A stretch of 64,000 nucleotides of DNA from Candidatus Latescibacterota bacterium (lineage in GTDB: Bacteria > Latescibacterota > UBA2968). A program made the translations under genes and the position numbers. The DNA lies in contig OZ244960.1 of the NCBI GenBank assembly GCA_965222605.1, positions 1,920,001 to 1,984,000 of the forward strand. The letters are read 5' to 3'. The notes beneath the pieces are model-generated. The model made no database searches, was not told where the DNA came from, and saw only the letters and a list, made by a program, of their open reading frames with translations. Of the stretch, positions 49,553 to 58,803 are shown one piece after another (position 1 is the first letter of the stretch; the number at the start of each line of letters is the position of its first letter).

Positions 49553-50102
49553 AGAACCTCTAACTGCACCGAGAAAGCAAGCTGAGACTCACAGCCTCGG
49601 TCAAGTGGTTTCCGGACTGGCTGGGGAGATTGCCAGACTTACACCGGGGCCTGCCGCAGCACTCCGGCGTGGACCCTTATCAGGAGCTGGCGCGGCGGCC
49701 TTCTGGCAACTTATGGCTATCCATCAACCAGGAACCAATGACGAGGCGGGCTGGGCAGCACTCATTCAGGGAATCGCGATTCTAACACCCAAAGGGACAG
49801 ACCCAGACCCCGAAAAAAAATCGGCGCACGAATACCGTTTCCCCATGGGTTCCGTCCTTTCCAAAGCCGAATTCTCAGAACTGCGGCTCGCTCGTCTCTT
49901 GAACGCCCCAAAAGAAATGCGGCGAGACCTCGTTATACGCATGTGTCGGCGGCTGTCTAGAACCGAGTACAATCGTTTCAATCTCGAAACGCTGGCGCGG
50001 TTTATTCTCTTTGCCGACGACGAAACAGATCGCCGAATTGCCCGCGATTACTACCGCACTGATGCGGAATCAAAACCCGCATCCACTGAATCTACAGATT
50101 AG
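49542..50102 (+). CDS. cse2: Type I-E small subunit Cas11 (Cse2/CasB)
   Basis: PGPAAALRR, SELRLARLL, IARDYY; AAGGAG RBS. Confidence 0.85.
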   Translation: MSVKEPLTAPRKQAETHSLGQVVSGLAGEIARLTPGPAAALRRGPLSGAGAAAFWQLMAIHQPGTNDEAGWAALIQGIAILTPKGTDPDPEKKSAHEYRFPMGSVLSKAEFSELRLARLLNAPKEMRRDLVIRMCRRLSRTEYNRFNLETLARFILFADDETDRRIARDYYRTDAESKPASTESTD

Positions 50103-50111
50103 GAGATTTTC

Positions 50112-51245
50112 ATGCCCAACGTTCGTTTTCTTCAGATCCACAGCCTTCATGGCTACCCCGCCGCACTTCTCAACCGCGATGACTCGGGTCTTGCCAAACG
50201 CATGACCTATGGCGGCACGACCAGGACACGCATTTCCTCCCAATGTCTCAAGCGACACTGGCGCGTCTCGGACGATATCTACGCTTTAAGTGGCATAGAT
50301 GGCGCAACCGCCGCGACCCGTTCGCGCGAGATCGTGACTCGGCGAGTCATTGAACCGCTCATAGAAGCGGGCCATGATGAGGAGATCATCAAAGTAATTG
50401 GAGAGGCATTTCAACTCTCAGTTTACGGCGATAAAGGTGGTACCAGGCAGGGGCGTCAGCCGCTTCTACTCGGCGAACCGGAAATCGAGTATCTCGCCCG
50501 CGAAGCCCAAAAAATTGCGGATACCCATGGCAGCGACCCACAAGCAGCAGAAGAGACCGCTAAGGATTGGCGCAAGTCCGCCAATGCCAACATGAAAACC
50601 TTGCGCGAAAATTGTTCACTGCCAGGAGGCTTGGTTGCCGCCATGTTTGGACGTATGGTGACTTCAGATGTAGAAGCGAACATCGATGCCGCTGTTCATG
50701 TAGCCCATGCTTTTACCGTCCACGAGGAAGAGAGCGAAAGCGACTACTTCACTGTTGTCGATGATCTTCACCGTATCGAAGACGATGCTGGCGCGGATCA
50801 TATCGGCGAGTCCGAGTTGACCTCCGGTTTGTTCTATGGCTACGTCGTACTCGATCGCGAAATGCTGCTTTGCAATCTCGGTGGCGATACCGAAATGGCT
50901 GATGAGGTTACAAGACGCCTCGTACATCTGATCGCCATGGTGTCCCCAGGAGCGAAATTGGGATCTACCGCTCCTTACGACTATGCGAGTTGGCTACTCA
51001 TCGAAGCCGGTGAATATCAGCCGCGCAGCCTGGCCGAGGCGTTTCGCAAACCCTGCAAGGCACTGGTGGATGAAGCCGAAGCCGCAGTGAACACTCATAT
51101 CCAGAAAATAGACGCCGCTTATGGTACAAACGAGGCACGCCGTTCAATGAGCTTGACGGGCACACCGATTTCAGGAACGGAACTTTTGCCCCTCTCCGAT
51201 CTCGCGGCATGGGCAGGCTCCGCTATTCAGGAAGGAGTTGCGTGA
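50112..51245 (+). CDS. cas7: Type I-E Cas7 (Cse4/CasC)
   Basis: LNRDDSG, RISSQCLKR, MFGRM, VAHAFT, DYFTVVDDL. Confidence 0.95.
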   Translation: MPNVRFLQIHSLHGYPAALLNRDDSGLAKRMTYGGTTRTRISSQCLKRHWRVSDDIYALSGIDGATAATRSREIVTRRVIEPLIEAGHDEEIIKVIGEAFQLSVYGDKGGTRQGRQPLLLGEPEIEYLAREAQKIADTHGSDPQAAEETAKDWRKSANANMKTLRENCSLPGGLVAAMFGRMVTSDVEANIDAAVHVAHAFTVHEEESESDYFTVVDDLHRIEDDAGADHIGESELTSGLFYGYVVLDREMLLCNLGGDTEMADEVTRRLVHLIAMVSPGAKLGSTAPYDYASWLLIEAGEYQPRSLAEAFRKPCKALVDEAEAAVNTHIQKIDAAYGTNEARRSMSLTGTPISGTELLPLSDLAAWAGSAIQEGVA

Positions 51246-51955
51246 TGCGCTGGTTGCAAATCCGGTTCCATGCACCACTCGCATCCTTTGGTGGCGAAAC
51301 TATTGACGTTCATGGTGTGATCCGTGATTTTCCCGCCCAATCCATGTTGACGGGGCTGTTCGCCAACGCTCTTGGCTGGACCCGCGCTATGCGGGTAGAA
51401 CACCAGACACTCCAGGACAGGATCATCTATGGCATGCTGCATGAGGAGGAACCAATGCTCGGTCGTATAACGGACTATCAGACCGCGCAACTTTCCAAGA
51501 ACGACAAATCATGGACCACACGAGGAGTGCCCGCAGACCGGGCTGGTGGTGCCGGCAGTTATAGAGGAGCGCACCAGCGTTGGCGTGACTACCATGCGGA
51601 CTTGCGTATGCTGGGCGTCGTTCGGCTCAATTCTGGCGACGTAGCACCGACCCTTGATGATCTGGCAAACGCGCTGGAGCATCCCGCACGTCCGTTATTT
51701 CTTGGACGCAAGCCTTGTCTGCCCTCTGCCCCGATCTTCAGCGGATGGATGGAGGCACCGGATATGCACACAGCACTTCGCAACATAGCACCTGAGAGTG
51801 GGAGACTTTTTCGAGCCTTGTGGCCTGCGTCAGAAGGGCCGGAAGGTTCGGATAGAACGACATTCGTAACCGACGAGCGCAACTGGATAACGGGACTGCA
51901 TGGAGGTGCGCGTCGCATTTGCGAAGGCAGGATTTCCGGTAGGGAGGCTGAGTAA
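51245..51955 (+). CDS. cas5: Type I-E Cas5 (CasD)
   Basis: APLASFG, FP..SMLTGLFANALG, DYQT, LFLGRKPCLPS. Confidence 0.93.
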   Translation: MRWLQIRFHAPLASFGGETIDVHGVIRDFPAQSMLTGLFANALGWTRAMRVEHQTLQDRIIYGMLHEEEPMLGRITDYQTAQLSKNDKSWTTRGVPADRAGGAGSYRGAHQRWRDYHADLRMLGVVRLNSGDVAPTLDDLANALEHPARPLFLGRKPCLPSAPIFSGWMEAPDMHTALRNIAPESGRLFRALWPASEGPEGSDRTTFVTDERNWITGLHGGARRICEGRISGREAE

Positions 51956-52743
51956 TGACCACTTATATGATCCACGTCCCATTGGACATGCGTGCCTTTA
52001 ATCGGTGGGCGGGACAACGCGGACTCATCCGAAGAGGCGTGTTTGACGAGGGCTATGCACTACACATTTTGTTGACAGGTATGTTTGGCCCAGGCGTTTT
52101 GCGACCATTCCGTCTATTTGCTTCGGAGCGCCGCCGCAATGCTTCTCTCTACGCATACACCGATGCGGACCAAGCCGCACTGCAATCTATGGCAAATCTG
52201 GTTGCGACGCCCGATTGCCTGGATGCGCTTGATCCTAAAAAAATACGGTCAAAGGAAATGCATACTGAATTTACGGCTGGTCAGCGTTTAGGGTTTGACC
52301 TGCGGGTTCGTCCGGTACGGCGGCTCAGAACCGAAATACACGATCAAAAATCGGGTAAGACGATTGGGAAAGGCGCGGAGATTGACGCATTCCTCGTCCA
52401 TGTGTTTCGCCATTTTCCCGATGGTGGCGCAGATGAGGCTGTCAATGCACGATCGGCAGGACAGACGCGAGAGAAAATCTATACAGAATGGCTCGCCGAG
52501 CGTTTTGATGGCGTCGCAGAAATCGAGCAGGAGGCGTGCCGCGTTGCCGCATTCAAGCGCAGTCGCTCTCTACGCGGTGACGGATTTTCTCCCGAGGGAC
52601 CGGATGTGACCTTTCACGGCGTTTTGACAGTTGCAAATCCGGATGAATTTGCTGTCCGCATAAGAAATGGGATCGGGCGGCATAAGGCTTATGGTTATGG
52701 CATGCTGCTTCTGCGCCCACCCGGGAAAACGGTAGCATATTAG
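51955..52743 (+). CDS. cas6e: Type I-E Cas6 (Cse3/CasE)
   Basis: C-terminal GIGRHKAYGYGMLLL glycine-rich loop. Confidence 0.93.
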   Translation: MTTYMIHVPLDMRAFNRWAGQRGLIRRGVFDEGYALHILLTGMFGPGVLRPFRLFASERRRNASLYAYTDADQAALQSMANLVATPDCLDALDPKKIRSKEMHTEFTAGQRLGFDLRVRPVRRLRTEIHDQKSGKTIGKGAEIDAFLVHVFRHFPDGGADEAVNARSAGQTREKIYTEWLAERFDGVAEIEQEACRVAAFKRSRSLRGDGFSPEGPDVTFHGVLTVANPDEFAVRIRNGIGRHKAYGYGMLLLRPPGKTVAY

Positions 52744-52777
52744 TAAAAAAAAAACAGATAATATTGTGGGGTTTACT

Positions 52778-53671
52778 ATGCTGATGAGACGCCTTGGTTT
52801 GGAAACCGCCCGAATACCTCATGCAGATCGGGCTGGCTTGCTCTGGTTGTCTCGCGGTGCCTTAACCGCCCGCGATGGCACCCTAACATTCGAACGCAAT
52901 ACAGAACGGGCTGACAACGATCCACTCGATCCGGGGTATTATGCGATACCATTGCAGGGCGTCTCCATGATCCTGCTTGGTCCCGGATCCACAGTCAGCC
53001 ATGACGCGCTACGCCTCCTCGCTCGACAAGGTACGGCTCTGGCTGCGGTGGGCGAGGATGGCGTGCGTCACTACACCGCGCCGCCACTGATTGCTAACCG
53101 ATCCGGCCTTGCACGGCGTCAGGTGCGGGCGTGGGCCGATCCCGATACGCGACTCAATATCGCCCGACTCATGTATGCCTGGCGCTTTGGCACTGTTCTG
53201 CCGCATAGCGATATTAAGGTACTGCGCGGTATTGAAGGGGCGAGGATGAAGAAAAGCTATAAACTGATCGCTACGCAGGTTGGGATCAAGTGGCACGGCA
53301 GACGCTACGACCGGTCACAGCCTACCGCGGGAGACCTGCCCAATCAGGCATTGAATCATGTGGTGAGTGCTGTGGAGGCTGCCGCTGCCATTGCAGTATC
53401 AGCCACATCAACTATCCCACAACTTGGTTTTATCCACGAGGATCCCGGTCAATCATTTGTACTGGACATTGCCGATCTCTATCGAACCACGGTCACCATC
53501 CCCGCTGCTTTCCGCGCTGCAAAGCAGGCAGAGTCCCCGCCCTATGGGAACATAGAACGTCTTGCCAGACGGGAGGCTGGTCGCGTCCTTGCCAGCGAAA
53601 AGATCATACCACACATGATTGAGCGCATCAAGAAGATGTTTGAAAACTCAGACGATCAGGAGGATCCATAG
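52778..53671 (+). CDS. cas1: Type I-E Cas1
   Basis: LLGPGSTVSHDA, LRGIEGARMK, NQALN, LGFIH, LDIADLY. Confidence 0.95.
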   Translation: MLMRRLGLETARIPHADRAGLLWLSRGALTARDGTLTFERNTERADNDPLDPGYYAIPLQGVSMILLGPGSTVSHDALRLLARQGTALAAVGEDGVRHYTAPPLIANRSGLARRQVRAWADPDTRLNIARLMYAWRFGTVLPHSDIKVLRGIEGARMKKSYKLIATQVGIKWHGRRYDRSQPTAGDLPNQALNHVVSAVEAAAAIAVSATSTIPQLGFIHEDPGQSFVLDIADLYRTTVTIPAAFRAAKQAESPPYGNIERLARREAGRVLASEKIIPHMIERIKKMFENSDDQEDP

Positions 53672-53964
53672 TGCCCATGACTGTTGTGGTCACGCGCGAT
53701 GTCGAATCGCGTTACCGTGGCTTTCTGGCCTCAGCGATGTTGGAGGTCGCGCCCGGTGTGTACGTTTCTCCCGACCTTTCCCATGGCGTGCGCGAGCGCA
53801 TTTGGGCCGTAATCAGCACCTGGTACGATGTTTTGAACCGCGGTGCCATAGTCCTGATGTGGCGTGATAGCACCGCATCCGGCGGCCTCGCCCTCCGTCA
53901 TCTCGGCGATCCGCCCAAGGAGATTCGCGATGCGGATGGCGTTTTATTGGTGAAAAGACTGTAA
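53671..53964 (+). CDS. cas2: Type I-E Cas2
   Basis: RYRGFL..MLEVAPGVYV, VRERIW, DADGVLL. Confidence 0.93.
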   Translation: MPMTVVVTRDVESRYRGFLASAMLEVAPGVYVSPDLSHGVRERIWAVISTWYDVLNRGAIVLMWRDSTASGGLALRHLGDPPKEIRDADGVLLVKRL

Positions 53965-54022
53965 AGATAGTCAGAAGATTCCCCGTCTATTTACGGGGTA
54001 AGAAGAAGTATACGTTTGTACA

Positions 54023-57000
54023 GGTTTCCCCGTGTGTACGGGGATAGACCCAGGTCGCCATTCACGAACAGCTGGATTTCCGAGGTTTCCCCGTGTGTAC
54101 GGGGATAGACCCTCGTGATGTCGTGCGAGGTGTTCGCGGTGGTGGGTTTCCCCGTGTGTACGGGGATAGACCCAAGCCCTATTTTGGGACAAAAAAGCCG
54201 GCTTAGGTTTCCCCGTGTGTACGGGGATAGACCATACCGCGACTGGGCAATGCGCGAGGTTATGGAGGTTTCCCCGTGTGTACGGGGATAGACCTTGTGG
54301 AGCTTTGACCTGGACGGCCTCAGTGTGGGTTTCCCCGTGTGTACGGGGATAGACCATACCGCGACTGGGCAATGCGCGAGGTTATGGAGGTTTCCCCGTG
54401 TGTACGGGGATAGACCCCGCCTGAACGCCGCCGCTTTTGTGACGCCGTCGGTTTCCCCGTGTGTACGGGGATAGACCTCCGTGTGTTCCAGTAGCGCGGG
54501 CGATCATATCGGTTTCCCCGTGTGTACGGGGATAGACCGTGGGCAGACATTAGCATGATCAGCTCGCGGCTGGTTTCCCCGTGTGTACGGGGATAGACCC
54601 GTTGTAGCTCCTACTGGGTTTCCGCCACCGTAGGTTTCCCCGTGTGTACGGGGATAGACCCGTGTGCGTCGAGCGGAAACAGGCGATGTCCGCGGTTTCC
54701 CCGTGTGTACGGGGATAGACCGCGGAATATAGCGGTTTCGCTTTTTGGATATGCGGTTTCCCCGTGTGTACGGGGATAGACCCCAAGTCATAAACGTTGC
54801 AAACATCTCCACAGGGGTTTCCCCGTGTGTACGGGGATAGACCCCTCGCGCATTGCGCGTTTAATTCAGGGGGCTTGGTTTCCCCGTGTGTACGGGGATA
54901 GACCCTTTTCATACGCCGCCGCAAAGTCGATGACGTTGGTTTCCCCGTGTGTACGGGGATAGACCCTCATCGAGGACCGATTCAAAGGCGATCAGCGGGG
55001 TTTCCCCGTGTGTACGGGGATAGACCACACACTATTGACGCGCTGGCCTTGCTGTGCCAGGTTTCCCCGTGTGTACGGGGATAGACCCTCGGCGGGAGCA
55101 GGCAGGGGCAACGCCAGGTGGGTTTCCCCGTGTGTACGGGGATAGACCTTGTAAAGCGGAAGCGGTAGAAGAATACCTTGAGGTTTCCCCGTGTGTACGG
55201 GGATAGACCTTTGGAAGTTGTAATAAGGCAAAAATGGGATATGGTTTCCCCGTGTGTACGGGGATAGACCCCTTCATATTCCGCAAAGGCGGCGTTATCG
55301 GTGGGTTTCCCCGTGTGTACGGGGATAGACCTTCTTTAGATTGTCGCTCGCCCGCGGATAAGAGGGTTTCCCCGTGTGTACGGGGATAGACCTTTGACAG
55401 AGCTTTCTTGGCTCGATCTTTATGAGGTTTCCCCGTGTGTACGGGGATAGACCCCGGCCCGCCAAAAGCATCTCGGCCTCCGCCTCGGTTTCCCCGTGTG
55501 TACGGGGATAGACCGGTTAAAGAGAGCTATAGATGCACATTCTTGGTGGTTTCCCCGTGTGTACGGGGATAGACCCAAGGGGATGTGGGTCATAAAAAAT
55601 CAGGGAAAGGTTTCCCCGTGTGTACGGGGATAGACCCTTGCTTTTCCGTTTTGGCGGCGGCGTTAGATAGGTTTCCCCGTGTGTACGGGGATAGACCATA
55701 GCCGGGCTTTCACCTTCAAAGCGGCTATCGGGTTTCCCCGTGTGTACGGGGATAGACCCTGACCAAGCAGGCGAAGGTCAAGTCATCCATAGGTTTCCCC
55801 GTGTGTACGGGGATAGACCCATCTTGTTTATCTATCACCGCCCCCAAAATGGGGTTTCCCCGTGTGTACGGGGATAGACCATAGCCGGGCTTTCACCTTC
55901 AAAGCGGCTATCGGGTTTCCCCGTGTGTACGGGGATAGACCCTGACCAAGCAGGCGAAGGTCAAGTCATCCATAGGTTTCCCCGTGTGTACGGGGATAGA
56001 CCCATCTTGTTTATCTATCACCGCCCCCAAAATGGGGTTTCCCCGTGTGTACGGGGATAGACCCCGTTAATGCAGGTTGCGAGTATTTTCCGGACGGGTT
56101 TCCCCGTGTGTACGGGGATAGACCTCGACTTTTTAGATCGGGGGAGGGCGTGTTTTAGGTTTCCCCGTGTGTACGGGGATAGACCCTTCAAATACAGTTT
56201 GAGCAGATCAGCGACCTGGGTTTCCCCGTGTGTACGGGGATAGACCTTGATCCAACTTGCTCTTTTCCTTTGCAAGTGGGGTTTCCCCGTGTGTACGGGG
56301 ATAGACCTTGAGCGTTGATGTCTATAAATGCCAGGTCGCCGGTTTCCCCGTGTGTACGGGGATAGACCGTAGGCCAATCAAGGTCACGGTAGCCATTTAA
56401 AGGTTTCCCCGTGTGTACGGGGATAGACCTTCGATTTCTTGCTTGGTGATTCCGCCGACCATGGTTTCCCCGTGTGTACGGGGATAGACCCGGCCTGTCT
56501 TAGGCCACCAAGCCGAGGTAAACGGTTTCCCCGTGTGTACGGGGATAGACCCTACAAATATTACAATGGGGGGAATGATGTGTCGGTTTCCCCGTGTGTA
56601 CGGGGATAGACCCCATATGTATAGCGAGCTCGGGATGTATAGGGAGGTTTCCCCGTGTGTACGGGGATAGACCCGACTGGGTGCTGGTAACGGACCCGAT
56701 GAAGCAGGTTTCCCCGTGTGTACGGGGATAGACCCACGCGATACTGGCTGTGAGCAAAAAGTGCCACGGTTTCCCCGTGTGTACGGGGATAGACCTTCGA
56801 GGATTTTATGGATATAGCAGCATGGGCAGGTTTCCCCGTGTGTACGGGGATAGACCTGACGCTCTTAACATCGTCGGGGAGCAGAGAGTGGTTTCCCCGT
56901 GTGTACGGGGATAGACCGTTTCCCGCCGACAAAGGGACCCAATCTTAGCTGGTTTCCCCGTGTGTACGGGGATAGACCTGGGCTGCCGAACTTGGTTGCT

Positions 57001-58076
57001 CGTCTGGTACGGGTTTCCCCGTGTGTACGGGGATAGACCCGACCAGCTACGCACCACTGTTGACTTGACCATGGTTTCCCCGTGTGTACGGGGATAGACC
57101 CTCTCGTTGGGCTGTAGCAATATCCCTCCTTTTGGTTTCCCCGTGTGTACGGGGATAGACCCTATCAGCAGTACAGCACCCATCATGGCGCACCGGTTTC
57201 CCCGTGTGTACGGGGATAGACCCCGTTCTGGCATGTACGGAGAGTATTTCTGTTTGGTTTCCCCGTGTGTACGGGGATAGACCATAGTCTTCGTTATAGA
57301 CGCCCTTGGAAAAGAAGGTTTCCCCGTGTGTACGGGGATAGACCTTTCTCTTTCCATATCCAGAACCGATATTGTAAGGTTTCCCCGTGTGTACGGGGAT
57401 AGACCTTTGTGAGCATCATAGGAAGCCATAGCAAGATTGGTTTCCCCGTGTGTACGGGGATAGACCTTTCTGACTCCTCATTAGCACGTATATTAAGCGG
57501 GTTTCCCCGTGTGTACGGGGATAGACCTCCGGATATGACGGACGGCGACGCCTACGTCATGGTTTCCCCGTGTGTACGGGGATAGACCTCCGGATATGAC
57601 GGACGGCGACGCCTACGTCATGGTTTCCCCGTGTGTACGGGGATAGACCTTTTACCGGCTTTGATGAGTCTTGCGAGATAGGGGTTTCCCCGTGTGTACG
57701 GGGATAGACCCCCTTTAAACATGGCGCTGCTGGCATCGATGATGGTTTCCCCGTGTGTACGGGGATAGACCCGGGCTTTGGACCGTTTCAGCGGTTTAAA
57801 TTGCGGTTTCCCCGTGTGTACGGGGATAGACCTCCACCCCTGGATCCGCTGCAAATTCGCGGAAGGGTTTCCCCGTGTGTACGGGGATAGACCCGATATA
57901 CGCTTGACTTTGGACAAGCGCACGTGGGTTTCCCCGTGTGTACGGGGATAGACCCAGAAGGGAAAATCTAAACCCCATCGCGTAAGGGGTTTCCCCGTGT
58001 GTACGGGGATAGACCCCTAGGTGTGTTTATGCTCAATAGTTTGATCATGGTTTCCCTGTGCATGCGGGGATAGACA
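54023..58076 (+). CRISPR. Type I-E CRISPR array: 67 repeats (GGTTTCCCCGTGTGTACGGGGATAGACC), 66 spacers of 33 nt
   Basis: Exact 61-bp periodicity from 54023 to 58049; degenerate terminal repeat GGTTTCCCTGTGCATGCGGGGATAGACA at the distal end. Confidence 0.99.
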
Positions 58077-58180
58077 AAAAAAGTCACGTTGCCATTTGTA
58101 TTTGCAAGGTTCTCAAGCCATACGTCACCGCACGCAGATAAAGAAGGTCGTTTATGGTAGGTCACAAGTATTCTAAAAAT

Positions 58181-58216
58181 AAACCCCGCTACAAGATTAT
58201 CTCGCAGCGGGGTTTT
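58181..58216. terminator. Probable bidirectional terminator after the array
   Basis: AAACCCCGCT...AGCGGGGTTTT. Confidence 0.65.
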
Positions 58217-58235
58217 CGTAAAATATGAAAACTTA

Positions 58236-58655
58236 TCACTCGTTCGTCTCTCGGCGCATTTCAAAGATACGAACGACAATGTACATACCGAGCGAAACAA
58301 TGAAGAAAACGAGCAACATCCACGCGATAGATTGCAGGGATTCGATAATCGTGCGATAGATCTCGAGCACCCAGCGTTCGGTAGTCAGTTCAAAAGGAGG
58401 AATATCGCGGGATTCACCTTTGGGACTGAAATGCTCTTGCGGCAAAATATAACGCTCCAGCGAGCGGACACGCACACCGCCAGAGATACCGACCACATAG
58501 ATCGCGAACTTCATATAGCGCACCCATGCACCTGCTATCGCATCGTCAATAAGCCGGTGAAGAATACTGTTAATCGCACTGCTAAACGCACGCACTGTGA
58601 TAAAAGACACGAGAGCGGCGACTACGAGGGTAATGATGAGAAGCGTGAAGAACAT
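58236..58655 (-). CDS. Hypothetical membrane protein
   Basis: GGAGG RBS; three hydrophobic segments. Confidence 0.75.
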   Translation of the reverse strand: MFFTLLIITLVVAALVSFITVRAFSSAINSILHRLIDDAIAGAWVRYMKFAIYVVGISGGVRVRSLERYILPQEHFSPKGESRDIPPFELTTERWVLEIYRTIIESLQSIAWMLLVFFIVSLGMYIVVRIFEMRRETNE

Positions 58656-58680
58656 GGGAGGACCTCCAAAGTAACGATGA

Positions 58681-58727
58681 CAACCAAAACCACTGGATCG
58701 CGGCTAACACCATGCCGCGATGACGGC
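58681..58727 (+). repeat. GTCATTGCGGC-type palindromic repeat
   Basis: CAACCAAAACCACTGGATCGCGGCTAACACCATGCCGCGATGACGGC, with a compensatory stem change relative to the 15728 copy. Confidence 0.75.
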
Positions 58728-58803
58728 GCTTCGCCTATGAATTAGCCTGGGGATGGTGTACAACGGATCGTATCCCAGACCCGTTCAACGGTCAGTTGTA
58801 CAC

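Noticed and set aside
54051-56340. Spacer 1 begins and spacer 38 ends with CAGGTCGCC, suggesting overlapping protospacers
   Set aside because: Only 9 nt; the implied PAM for spacer 1 would be GCC, which does not fit the AAC seen at the promoter target; probably chance
54023-58076. Self-targeting spacers within the window
   Set aside because: No full match noticed by eye; an exhaustive alignment could not be run
53971-58300. Many minus-strand ORFs with repeating VYPRTHGET / GLSPYTRGN / SIPVHTGKP peptides
   Set aside because: Translations of the CRISPR repeat, not genes
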